DNA of 60,218 nucleotides from an uncultured Erysipelotrichaceae bacterium (GTDB lineage Bacteria; Bacillota_I; Bacilli_A; RF39; UBA660): NCBI GenBank assembly GCA_902786275.1, contig CADACC010000001.1, positions 1 to 60,218 of the forward strand, read 5' to 3'. Shown piece by piece: positions 29,861 to 38,129 of this stretch (position 1 is its first letter; each line of letters starts with the position of its first letter). The notes under the pieces were generated by a model. It saw only the letters and a program-made list of their open reading frames with translations, ran no database searches and was not told where the DNA came from. The position numbers and the translations under genes were made by a program.

Positions 29861-31803
29861 TTCTTACCAACCTTTAGTTTTACAAAACCGAAGTCATCAT
29901 TCATTAACTCTTTGATTAAATCTACTATTTTCTTATTATTAGTTTTATCGGAAATATTTATCGTAACAAGACAACCACCACTTAGTAGTTTTTGTACTTT
30001 AGATAAATCTTTGTTATTAGTTATAAATTTAGCAGTACTAATTAAATCATAAGCACATTTATCAGTAATGTCTTTATGTGAACCATATATTGATTTATCA
30101 ATACCAATAAAGTGTTTTCTTGATGTTATAGTACTTGGTTCAAATAGTGAGAAATTAAGTTTTGTTTCTTCACTAAATTCCTTTATTTTCTTATTAAGAT
30201 ATTTTAATATCTCAATTAATAATGGATACTGTTTATCAGGATCTGGTTCGAATGATAGTACACATTCTTTTAAACCTACAAGTCCAAGATTTAGTATTCC
30301 TGATTTAATAATCTTTCTAATCTTTTGTCCTTGTTCTAGTCTTTCATCACCAAGTATGTTTCCATTAAATAATGCTTGGTAATTTTCTTTATTCTTATTT
30401 CCTAAGGTTTCAAAGTCTAAAAGCATTTCATTTTTTGCAAGTTCTAGGAGTTGATCTAATTCTTCATAAAAGTTTGAAATACTTTTATTATTTAAATATT
30501 TAAGGCCAAGTCTTGCAATATTTATTGAAGTATTAGTTGCAACCATTCTACCAGTTGACCTTTTTTCATTATCATTTAAGCTTTCAAATATCCTTATACC
30601 GTTACTAAAGTATTCAACTTGATTATTATCATCTTTATTATATGAACTATCAGGAAATGATAGTGATATATTTTTTTGATTAATAACTAAGCTAGCTATT
30701 TTACTTAAGTAACTATCATCCATATCTTTAGTTATTTTAAATACAACATGAATATTATCAATTAGATTATTATCAGTTAAATATGAGATAATGTTTTCTC
30801 TTATAAATGTTGATACATATGAATTATTTGAACTGCAACTTATTGTGAAATAATTATCAACTTGATATGATCTTAAATTATTAAAAATTCTACTAATTGT
30901 TACATTTATAAATTCTTTTTCGCTTTCAAATGTATCTGTAATCATCATTTCAAATACATTTTTAAGTATTGGACTTGTTACAAATTGTTCAAAGTAACTA
31001 ACATCTATATTAATATCTGTTATCCTGTTTATAATATCTTCAATTCTATTAAATGATACTAATTCATATATACCATTAACTTGAAAATAACATTTGAATT
31101 TTCTTTTTAATACTTTTTTATAATGATTTAAGAAATATTTTTCAAGCACTAAATCTATATTGTTAATTCCAAGTTCTGAACTAACCTCGTTTTGAGCACT
31201 TGTTATTTCATTTAGAAATTCGTCTAGATATTCATCATCAGGTTTTATATCAAGTTTCAAATTTAAATATGATATATAACCAAGTGGGAAAAATTCTAAA
31301 TTATGTATATATAAATTTCCTTCTTCATATGCTCTTACATATTTAGAATCAAGTATGTAAGATTTAGCATATTCTGATGAAATTATTTTTCCAAATTTAT
31401 GTAATAGTTTTTTTGGTGATAATGTTGAATCTATATTTTCAACACTTTCAACAACTTTAACAAATTTATGTTGTTGTTTCTCACTAAATACTTTTCTTGA
31501 TGCTGCTCTTCTTTGTCTATAATCTTGAAAAGCTTCAAATACTTTCTGAAATCCTAATTCTTTTAGGTGATTTTCTATTGTGTCTTGTATATCTTCTACG
31601 CTTATTGTTTTACGTTCCATATAATTATCATTAATATATTTAAGAACACTCTCGAAGACTTTATAAACTTGTTTTTCATCAACTTCTTGATATACAGCAT
31701 CAAATGCTTTTTTAATAGCTATTGCTATCTTTGATGCATTGAAGTCAACTCTTTGTCCGCTTCGTTTTACAACAACTAAGCTTTCAAGTACTTCGTTCCA
31801 CAT
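29857..31803 (-). CDS. NrdD-like protein with ATP cone, lacking the catalytic Cys loop and glycyl radical domain
   Basis: VVKRSG...SVEDIQDTIE ATP cone, LYIHNL, TSINIARLG, GLVGLKEC, IDKSIYG...ITDK; no (G/C)CR loop, no Zn ribbon, no R.xGY motif. Confidence 0.85.
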   Translation of the reverse strand: MWNEVLESLVVVKRSGQRVDFNASKIAIAIKKAFDAVYQEVDEKQVYKVFESVLKYINDNYMERKTISVEDIQDTIENHLKELGFQKVFEAFQDYRQRRAASRKVFSEKQQHKFVKVVESVENIDSTLSPKKLLHKFGKIISSEYAKSYILDSKYVRAYEEGNLYIHNLEFFPLGYISYLNLKLDIKPDDEYLDEFLNEITSAQNEVSSELGINNIDLVLEKYFLNHYKKVLKRKFKCYFQVNGIYELVSFNRIEDIINRITDINIDVSYFEQFVTSPILKNVFEMMITDTFESEKEFINVTISRIFNNLRSYQVDNYFTISCSSNNSYVSTFIRENIISYLTDNNLIDNIHVVFKITKDMDDSYLSKIASLVINQKNISLSFPDSSYNKDDNNQVEYFSNGIRIFESLNDNEKRSTGRMVATNTSINIARLGLKYLNNKSISNFYEELDQLLELAKNEMLLDFETLGNKNKENYQALFNGNILGDERLEQGQKIRKIIKSGILNLGLVGLKECVLSFEPDPDKQYPLLIEILKYLNKKIKEFSEETKLNFSLFEPSTITSRKHFIGIDKSIYGSHKDITDKCAYDLISTAKFITNNKDLSKVQKLLSGGCLVTINISDKTNNKKIVDLIKELMNDDFGFVKLKVGKK

Positions 31804-32183
31804 AGCTTTATCACCGCCTTTAGGTTAACTGTATCGTATCATTTATTCAGATAAATAACAATGTTTTTTTTTAACACTTTTTGTAAATTTATTTTTTTAG
31901 AAAATGTAAAAGTCCCATTTTTAGGCAAAAAAAACATTTGTAAAAATTGACAAAATTGTCATTTTTTGGCATATATTAGGGAAAAATGAATTTTTTTCAA
32001 AAAAGTGTACAGTACTTTACTTTTTCTTTTTACAAAATTGACAAATATTTTTTTACTTATTTTTTAACATAAAAAAATACCTGTACTATAATTGTCATAC
32101 AAATGTACATTTTTATTTCATAACAATATATAATAAGGTATAATATATATAAGTAATTTTATTTATAAAAAGGAAGTGGTTAT

Positions 32184-33563
32184 ATGGATTACAAGAAGAT
32201 TCATATGATTGGTATCGGTGGTAGTTCAATGAGTGGTGTTGCTGAAATTACTGCATCACTTGGAGTTGAAGTAACAGGTTCCGATATGGAAGAAACATAT
32301 TATGTAACTAAACTGTTAGATAAAGGTTTTAAAATAACAGTTGGTCATCATCCCGAATTAATCGATAATTCAATTGACTTAATTGTTTATTCTGCAGCTA
32401 TTGCAGAAGATGATCCCGAAAGAGTTAAAGCTAAGGAACTTAATATTCCGCAAATGGAAAGAGCTGAATTTTTAGGATTATTAACTAAATCATACAATAA
32501 TGTTATATGTATCGCAGGAACACATGGTAAGTCAACAACATCTGGCATGATTACTAAATGTTTTGTTAATGCAAATGTTGATCCAACAGTTCAAATAGGT
32601 GCTACGTCTTTTGAAATTGGTGGAAATAACAAAGTTGGTACAAGTGATGTATTTATACTAGAGTCTTGTGAATATCATGAAAGTTATCTACATTTTAATC
32701 CTAAGTATGCAATAGTTTTAAATGTAGATGCAGATCACTTAGATTACTTTGGAACTTTTGAAAATGTTAAAAAGTCTTTTAATAGATTTTGTAAGCTAGT
32801 TCCTGAAGATGGATATATATTTAAAAATAATGACGATGAAAACAGTGAACATATTATAGATGATGTTAAAGGTAAAGTAATTACTTTTGCTCTTCATAAA
32901 GATGCTGATTATAAAGCTGTAAATTATGCATATGATGATGATGGCCATCCTTCATTTGATGTTGAATTTAATGGAAATATAATCGTACATATAGACTTAT
33001 CTGTTACTGGAGAACATAATTTATATGATGCTCTTGCAACAGTTGCTGTTGCTAACACATATGGTCTTGATTTAGATATAATTAAATCTTCTTTAGCTAC
33101 TTATAGAGGTGTTCATAGAAGATTTGAATTTCTTGGTCTAAGTAAAAGTGGTGCAATGATTTATGATGATTATGCACATCATCCTGCTGAGATTGCTACT
33201 ACTCTATACTCTGTTAATAAAGTTAAACATAATAGAACATGGGCTTTACATCAACCATTTACTTATACAAGAACTAAAGATCATCTAGATGAGTTTGCTG
33301 ATGTTCTATCAGGTTTTGATAATATTGTTTTAACTGATATATATGCAGGTAGAGAAAAAGATATATACAATATTAAAACTGAAGATTTAGTTGAAAAAAT
33401 TAAACCACTTAATCCTAATGTATATCACTTTAGTGATACAGATGAACTAATTAAGTTCCTTAACGACAATCTTCAAGAAAATGATATTATATGTTCTATT
33501 GGTTGTGGACCTGTTGATAAAATATCACAAAAACTAGTTGATAAAAAAGATTGTGGATGTTAA
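32184..33563 (+). CDS. murC: UDP-N-acetylmuramate--L-alanine ligase
   Basis: HMIGIGGSSMSG, IAGTHGKSTT, ESCEY, DADHLD, RRFE, DDYAHHP. Confidence 0.97.
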   Translation: MDYKKIHMIGIGGSSMSGVAEITASLGVEVTGSDMEETYYVTKLLDKGFKITVGHHPELIDNSIDLIVYSAAIAEDDPERVKAKELNIPQMERAEFLGLLTKSYNNVICIAGTHGKSTTSGMITKCFVNANVDPTVQIGATSFEIGGNNKVGTSDVFILESCEYHESYLHFNPKYAIVLNVDADHLDYFGTFENVKKSFNRFCKLVPEDGYIFKNNDDENSEHIIDDVKGKVITFALHKDADYKAVNYAYDDDGHPSFDVEFNGNIIVHIDLSVTGEHNLYDALATVAVANTYGLDLDIIKSSLATYRGVHRRFEFLGLSKSGAMIYDDYAHHPAEIATTLYSVNKVKHNRTWALHQPFTYTRTKDHLDEFADVLSGFDNIVLTDIYAGREKDIYNIKTEDLVEKIKPLNPNVYHFSDTDELIKFLNDNLQENDIICSIGCGPVDKISQKLVDKKDCGC

Positions 33564-33593
33564 AAAAAAGATGCTTTATTAAGCATCTTTTTT
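33562..33593. terminator. Bidirectional terminator between murC and the hypothetical gene
   Basis: AAAAAAGATGCTT-tatt-AAGCATCTTTTTT. Confidence 0.85.
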
Positions 33594-34203
33594 AATGTGA
33601 ATTCAAATTGCAATTAGCGTTAGAACCTTTTCTTGATCTAACAAAGTTTACATATACATCTTGTATAGTTTCTACCTTTTCAGGAACAACAGGTTTTTCT
33701 GGTTCTTCTATTTTAATACTTTTATAATTAATAATAGAATTGTTAATCATTTCTTCTAATTGCTTTTTATATGTTGTATAGCTTCCGTCAGGATCCATAT
33801 GATCATTAATATATTCTTTTATCCATTCTACCTTCGGAGTACTTCCTAATATTTTTGGAAATAATCCTCGCCCATTGTTTTGATTATCACCCCAAAAATC
33901 ATTAAGGCAAACTTTTCCACAATAAGGTTTATCAATATTTCCTAATAAATTTCTACCAAACTCAGCAAGAATTGGAATTTGAATTCCTGTTAATAATTCT
34001 GTTGCATAGTTATAGCCATAGCGAGATATGTGTTTTGAATCTCTAATAACAATCATAAATGTATCAGTTCTATCTGCAATACCAACACGAGTGGCAGCAA
34101 TGATCTTGTCCTTATTAGTCATATCAGAACTTAATTTTTTGAACTGCGGTTCGTTACACGTATACAAATGGCACCAGTATATTTGTTTTTTTGTTTGTCC
34201 CAT
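33592..34203 (-). CDS. Hypothetical protein (orphan)
   Basis: 203-aa ORF with AAGGGAG SD, upstream TGnTATAAT-like -10 and downstream terminator; no recognised motif. Confidence 0.75.
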   Translation of the reverse strand: MGQTKKQIYWCHLYTCNEPQFKKLSSDMTNKDKIIAATRVGIADRTDTFMIVIRDSKHISRYGYNYATELLTGIQIPILAEFGRNLLGNIDKPYCGKVCLNDFWGDNQNNGRGLFPKILGSTPKVEWIKEYINDHMDPDGSYTTYKKQLEEMINNSIINYKSIKIEEPEKPVVPEKVETIQDVYVNFVRSRKGSNANCNLNSH

Positions 34204-34327
34204 ATTTCAAAACTCCCTTAAAAAAGATAGTATTTATTATACAATAATTTTTTTATTTATAAAATAAAAAAGTAACTTCTGGCCCTATATTTTTTATGTA
34301 TTTTATTGATATGTTTTGTCGAAAGTG

Positions 34328-34368
34328 TTGAAGTCTAACTAACAGTTATTTATATTAAATAACTGTTA
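34328..34368 (+). promoter_or_regulatory. Putative promoter of the small-peptide mRNA, overlapped by a 13-bp perfect inverted repeat
   Basis: TTGAAG(34328)-N17-TATATT(34351); TAACAGTTATTTA-tat-TAAATAACTGTTA spans 34340-34368. Confidence 0.55.
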
Positions 34369-34454
34369 CCTATGTCTGTGGGTCTACTTTTCACACCTAG
34401 ATATAATCTAGTAGTCTTGATTAACCAGGGGGTTCTTGAAGGGAGTGACGAGTA

Positions 34455-34523
34455 ATGATAAGAAGTTACATGTTCTATATCATCATAATTTTATTAATTG
34501 CAGTTATATTGCAATTAATTTAA
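34455..34523 (+). CDS. 22-aa hydrophobic peptide MIRSYMFYIIIILLIAVILQLI, candidate type I toxin
   Basis: Translated by hand; strong SD AAGGGAGTG 7 nt upstream of ATG; single-TM composition; below the ORF track cutoff. Confidence 0.65.
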   Translation: MIRSYMFYIIIILLIAVILQLI

Positions 34524-34593
34524 AAAAAGCACGCCAGCACTTAGTGTGTGGCGTCAAACAACAGTAGGCGCCACCCGACTAGGTAACACTTAC
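34522..34593 (-). ncRNA. ~70-nt small RNA, candidate antitoxin
   Basis: Own promoter; 5' hairpin GUGUUACCU-aguc-GGGUGGCGC with 4 G-U pairs that form only on this strand; U-rich linker; terminator ACGCCA-CAC...GUG-c-UGGCGU followed by U7. Confidence 0.65.
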
Positions 34594-34599
34594 ATATTT

Positions 34600-34628
34600 A
34601 TTATATTAATTAATATTTAAATTATCAA
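34600..34628 (-). promoter_or_regulatory. Near-consensus sigma-A promoter for the sRNA, embedded in the dusB 3' end
   Basis: Minus strand TTGATA(34628-34623)-N17-TATAAT(34605-34600). Confidence 0.7.
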
Positions 34629-35610
34629 CTTTTTCTTTATATTCATCTAATATATTTAACACTTCATCTTTAGTTTTAGCTTGAACTAATTTTACTTTAG
34701 TTTCTTTACTATTAGATAAGTATTTAAAATAATACATTAAATGATTTCTAAACTCTAAAATAGCTGTATGTTCATTTTTATCTTTTATTAACATATCAAG
34801 ATGCTTTTTCATCATATCTATTCTTTCTTTAACAGATATTTCTTCTTGATATGTTCCTTTTTCTAAATAATCAACACAGTTTTTTATAAGCCAAGGATTA
34901 CCAATTGCTCCCCTACCTATCATGACACCAGCGCATCCAGTTTCATCTAACATTTGTTTTGCTAGTTCTGGTAACGTTACATCACCATTACCTATTACCG
35001 GAATACTTACTGCGTTAACTACATCTTTAATTATGTTCCAGTTAGCTTTTCCACTATATCCTTGAGATCTTGTTCTAGCGTGAATGGCTATTGCTTTAGC
35101 ACCAGCTTCTTCACATATTTTAGCTACTTCAACAGCATTGATACTTTTTTCATCCCAGCCGCTTCTTATTTTAACAGTAACAGGAATATTTACGGCACTT
35201 ACAACTGCTGAAACAATTTCTCTTATTTTATCTGGATTTTTAAGTAGTGCACTTCCAGCTTGATTTTTAAGCGCTACTTTTGGGACAGGACAACCCATAT
35301 TAATATCTATAATATCTGGTTTCATGGTTTCTTCAACTATCATGGCTGCTTTAACAAATGAATCTAAATCACTACCAAATATTTGTTGTGATATCGGTCT
35401 TTCTTTTTCATCCATTATAAGCATTTTCATTGTTTTATCATTGTCATAACAAATTGCCTTATCAGAAACCATTTCACAATATATTAAACCAGGGTTCATA
35501 TCTTTAATAATTTTTCTATAGGATGTATCAGATACACCAGCCATAGGGGCAAATATAACAGGATTTTTAATATATACATTTCCAATATAAAAACCTTTAT
35601 ATGCTGACAT
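34606..35610 (-). CDS. dusB: tRNA-dihydrouridine synthase B
   Basis: APMAGVSD, IDINMGCP, PVTVKIRSGWD, HARTR, VIGNGDV, MIGRGAIGNPW. Confidence 0.97.
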   Translation of the reverse strand: MSAYKGFYIGNVYIKNPVIFAPMAGVSDTSYRKIIKDMNPGLIYCEMVSDKAICYDNDKTMKMLIMDEKERPISQQIFGSDLDSFVKAAMIVEETMKPDIIDINMGCPVPKVALKNQAGSALLKNPDKIREIVSAVVSAVNIPVTVKIRSGWDEKSINAVEVAKICEEAGAKAIAIHARTRSQGYSGKANWNIIKDVVNAVSIPVIGNGDVTLPELAKQMLDETGCAGVMIGRGAIGNPWLIKNCVDYLEKGTYQEEISVKERIDMMKKHLDMLIKDKNEHTAILEFRNHLMYYFKYLSNSKETKVKLVQAKTKDEVLNILDEYKEKVDNLNIN

Positions 35611-35655
35611 ATTTGATCACCTTCTACTATTTATAACTTAATTATACTATATATA

Positions 35656-37188
35656 TTAACGAACTCTTTGATAATTTTGTCTACCTTCATCAGTTGGAAT
35701 AACTGGTTTAAGGTTAATTAGTTCACCGTTTGGTAATGTTTCAGCAATAATATGTCCAGTTTGAGTACTATTTACTGTTGCAACATCTTTTCCATAATCA
35801 ATTAAGTATACACTACTTTGCATTCTATAATTAGGTGTTATTCCACCAATAATATCTTTTATATCATTCATAAATCTGCCAATGTTTATACCATCATTAA
35901 AATATAAAACTTTACTATTATCGTCATATCTGTTTCTAATTTGTTTATACACAATTCCATAATCATAGTTTTTAACTAATTTAGCGTGTGTTGGAACTTC
36001 TCTGTATGTGCTTAAATCTAAGATGCCCAATTCATTTCTTAAGAATATATCAAGTCTTGTTGCATCTTGTGGTATTAATTTTAATATTTTACGAGCTTCA
36101 TCATTTTTATTTTCAAAATATAGACATAATACTAATAATCTATAGTATTGAGCTTTTCTACTTTTTTTAATTAATGAAGTAAGAATCTTTTCAGCTTCAT
36201 CAAATTTTCCCATTTGAACAAGTATACAAGCTTTAGAATATACTATATCCAATTCTTTATTCTCATCTACATTTAACGTTTTGTATAGTTCTAATGATTT
36301 ATCACATAAATTCTCAACACTGTACATTCTCATTAAGTTTGAATAATCTTTTAATGAAAAAACTCCGCCAGTGTTAATAAGTTTTTTTGCAGATTCTTCA
36401 GCACTTTTAAAATCTCCATAATGAACTCCTAATTGAAAATATAATGATTCTTGTTTTCCATTTGTTAAATCTCTATCTTTATTTTCCTTTATTGCTTTCA
36501 TTGACGTAGATTTTTGTTCTAGATTAAATAAAAGTTCTGGAACAATTAAATCTAGCTTATTTCTTAGTGCTTGATTAATATTCATTGATTGTAGAATTCT
36601 TACCTGTTTTAAAGCTTCTCTATATTGTTTAGTATCTTGATATAGAGCTCTTAAAAAATTATGATATTCAATCACATCAGGGTTCATTTCAACTGCTTTT
36701 TCAGCATATTCTTGAGCAGTAGAAAATTTTCTTCTATGAAAATATACTTTAGCAGCATAAAAATATGCACTATGATTTAAAATATTATTTTCTTTAAGGT
36801 ATTCAAAAAAACCTAAAACATTTTCATAATCTTCTGTCTCGTATAGTAGTTCCGGATACATTTCTCTAGCTTTTTCAGGATAATATCCATCATATACAAA
36901 CAGTTTTTCAAGGTACTCCATACCTTTTTCTTTTTGACCACGTCTTGCATAAGTTGCACCTAAGCAATAATTAGTAAATACAAAATAATCATCATCGTCT
37001 TCAAGTTCATGAAGTAAATCCAAATAACCCTGAAGTCCATTTTCAAATCTGTATTGAGCTACTCTTGCTAAAACATAATGATCATGTTTTGACTCTTCAA
37101 TAAGCTTACTTAGCTTTTTGTTTCTTAGTTTTAAGTTTTCTTCTTGTAAGATTTCATCTATTTTTGATTTATATAATTCTTCTCCCAT
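35656..37188 (-). CDS. Tetratricopeptide-repeat protein
   Basis: Repeats such as AYFYAAKVYFHRRKFSTAQEYAEKAVEMNP and YSKACILVQMGKFDEAEKIL; ATG 37188 after AAGGGTGG SD; promoter TTGTCT-N17-TATAAT. Confidence 0.85.
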   Translation of the reverse strand: MGEELYKSKIDEILQEENLKLRNKKLSKLIEESKHDHYVLARVAQYRFENGLQGYLDLLHELEDDDDYFVFTNYCLGATYARRGQKEKGMEYLEKLFVYDGYYPEKAREMYPELLYETEDYENVLGFFEYLKENNILNHSAYFYAAKVYFHRRKFSTAQEYAEKAVEMNPDVIEYHNFLRALYQDTKQYREALKQVRILQSMNINQALRNKLDLIVPELLFNLEQKSTSMKAIKENKDRDLTNGKQESLYFQLGVHYGDFKSAEESAKKLINTGGVFSLKDYSNLMRMYSVENLCDKSLELYKTLNVDENKELDIVYSKACILVQMGKFDEAEKILTSLIKKSRKAQYYRLLVLCLYFENKNDEARKILKLIPQDATRLDIFLRNELGILDLSTYREVPTHAKLVKNYDYGIVYKQIRNRYDDNSKVLYFNDGINIGRFMNDIKDIIGGITPNYRMQSSVYLIDYGKDVATVNSTQTGHIIAETLPNGELINLKPVIPTDEGRQNYQRVR

Positions 37189-37243
37189 ATTACCACCCTT
37201 TTTGGTGAAATTTATTATAGCACAAGCATATATTTGAGACAAT

Positions 37244-37273
37244 AAAAAAGTATTAGATTATATCTAATACTTT
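37244..37273 (-). terminator. Terminator after the kinase-like gene
   Basis: AAAGTATTAGAT-tat-ATCTAATACTTT. Confidence 0.75.
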
Positions 37274-38105
37274 ATCTATTTCTATTACTGTTTATATACT
37301 CTTCTACCTTATCATCAGGAATAACGTCTCCATAAAACTCATAGTTTCTTTTTCTCTCGTTAAATTCTTCATTAATCTGTTCATCTGGGATTTGCATTTT
37401 TTTAAGAGCAATCATTGCTTTTTCCAAAACCAATTCTTTTGCAGCATTATATCTATCAAGTAAAGATTGAGTTAAAAAACTCATATCAGTATAACTACTA
37501 TCGAATATGTGTGGTAACCCGTATCCAAGTATAACTGTTAAAATATACTGAGGTATATATTTAAAACCTATTTGTTTTTGATCTATCACATCAATAATAA
37601 AGTAACCTTGTTTTGGATCAAAGAAAAAATTAGTGGGTTTTGGATCTGGGCATAAATTAAAGTTACTTAAACCTATATAATCACTTACTAATTTATCATA
37701 TATATCCTGTGATGCATTTGCTCTTTTTTCTAGTTCATCAATATAGTTATGAACTGAATCTAAAAATGAGAAGTAATCTTCATTAGAATTTAACGAATGA
37801 GATGTTGATGATATACAAACACCTTTAGCTCGTTCTTCAAGAAAAACTCCAACTGTATATGATATAGTTCCATCATCTTTATTATATGTGGATGTTGCAC
37901 CTTCAATGAACCTGTAATCAAGAATTCTTGGTGTATTAATTCCTGAATCATGTGCTTTTCTTATATTTTCAATGTATTCATTTATTTCAGCATCAGTACA
38001 TGGCATACTCTTTTTTAAAAGTACATAGTTTTCATCAATTGGCAAACAATCCCTTACTGATAATTCACGTTTACCTTTTTCAAATAGTTCATCTGTTAAA
38101 ACCAT
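37272..38105 (-). CDS. Hypothetical protein with protein-kinase-like motifs
   Basis: YVLLK, GINTPRILD, FLEERAKG, DPKPTNFFFD, FIID; ATG 38105 after GGAGG. Confidence 0.6.
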   Translation of the reverse strand: MVLTDELFEKGKRELSVRDCLPIDENYVLLKKSMPCTDAEINEYIENIRKAHDSGINTPRILDYRFIEGATSTYNKDDGTISYTVGVFLEERAKGVCISSTSHSLNSNEDYFSFLDSVHNYIDELEKRANASQDIYDKLVSDYIGLSNFNLCPDPKPTNFFFDPKQGYFIIDVIDQKQIGFKYIPQYILTVILGYGLPHIFDSSYTDMSFLTQSLLDRYNAAKELVLEKAMIALKKMQIPDEQINEEFNERKRNYEFYGDVIPDDKVEEYINSNRNR

Positions 38106-38129
38106 AAAACCTCCATATAACATATTTTA

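Noticed and set aside
34270-34470. ~200-nt segment closed by a 9-bp stem, considered as 6S RNA, RNase P, SRP, tmRNA or a retron ncRNA
   Set aside because: No diagnostic motifs of those RNAs, no extended rod pairing and no reverse transcriptase nearby; the peptide mRNA model explains it better.
34567-34577. GGGTGGCGCC on the minus strand resembles a T-box antiterminator
   Set aside because: It does not match UGGNACC, there is no stem I or specifier loop, and no amino-acid gene lies downstream.
33592-35610. Possible genomic island integrated at a dus gene
   Set aside because: No integrase, att duplication or other mobility gene is visible.
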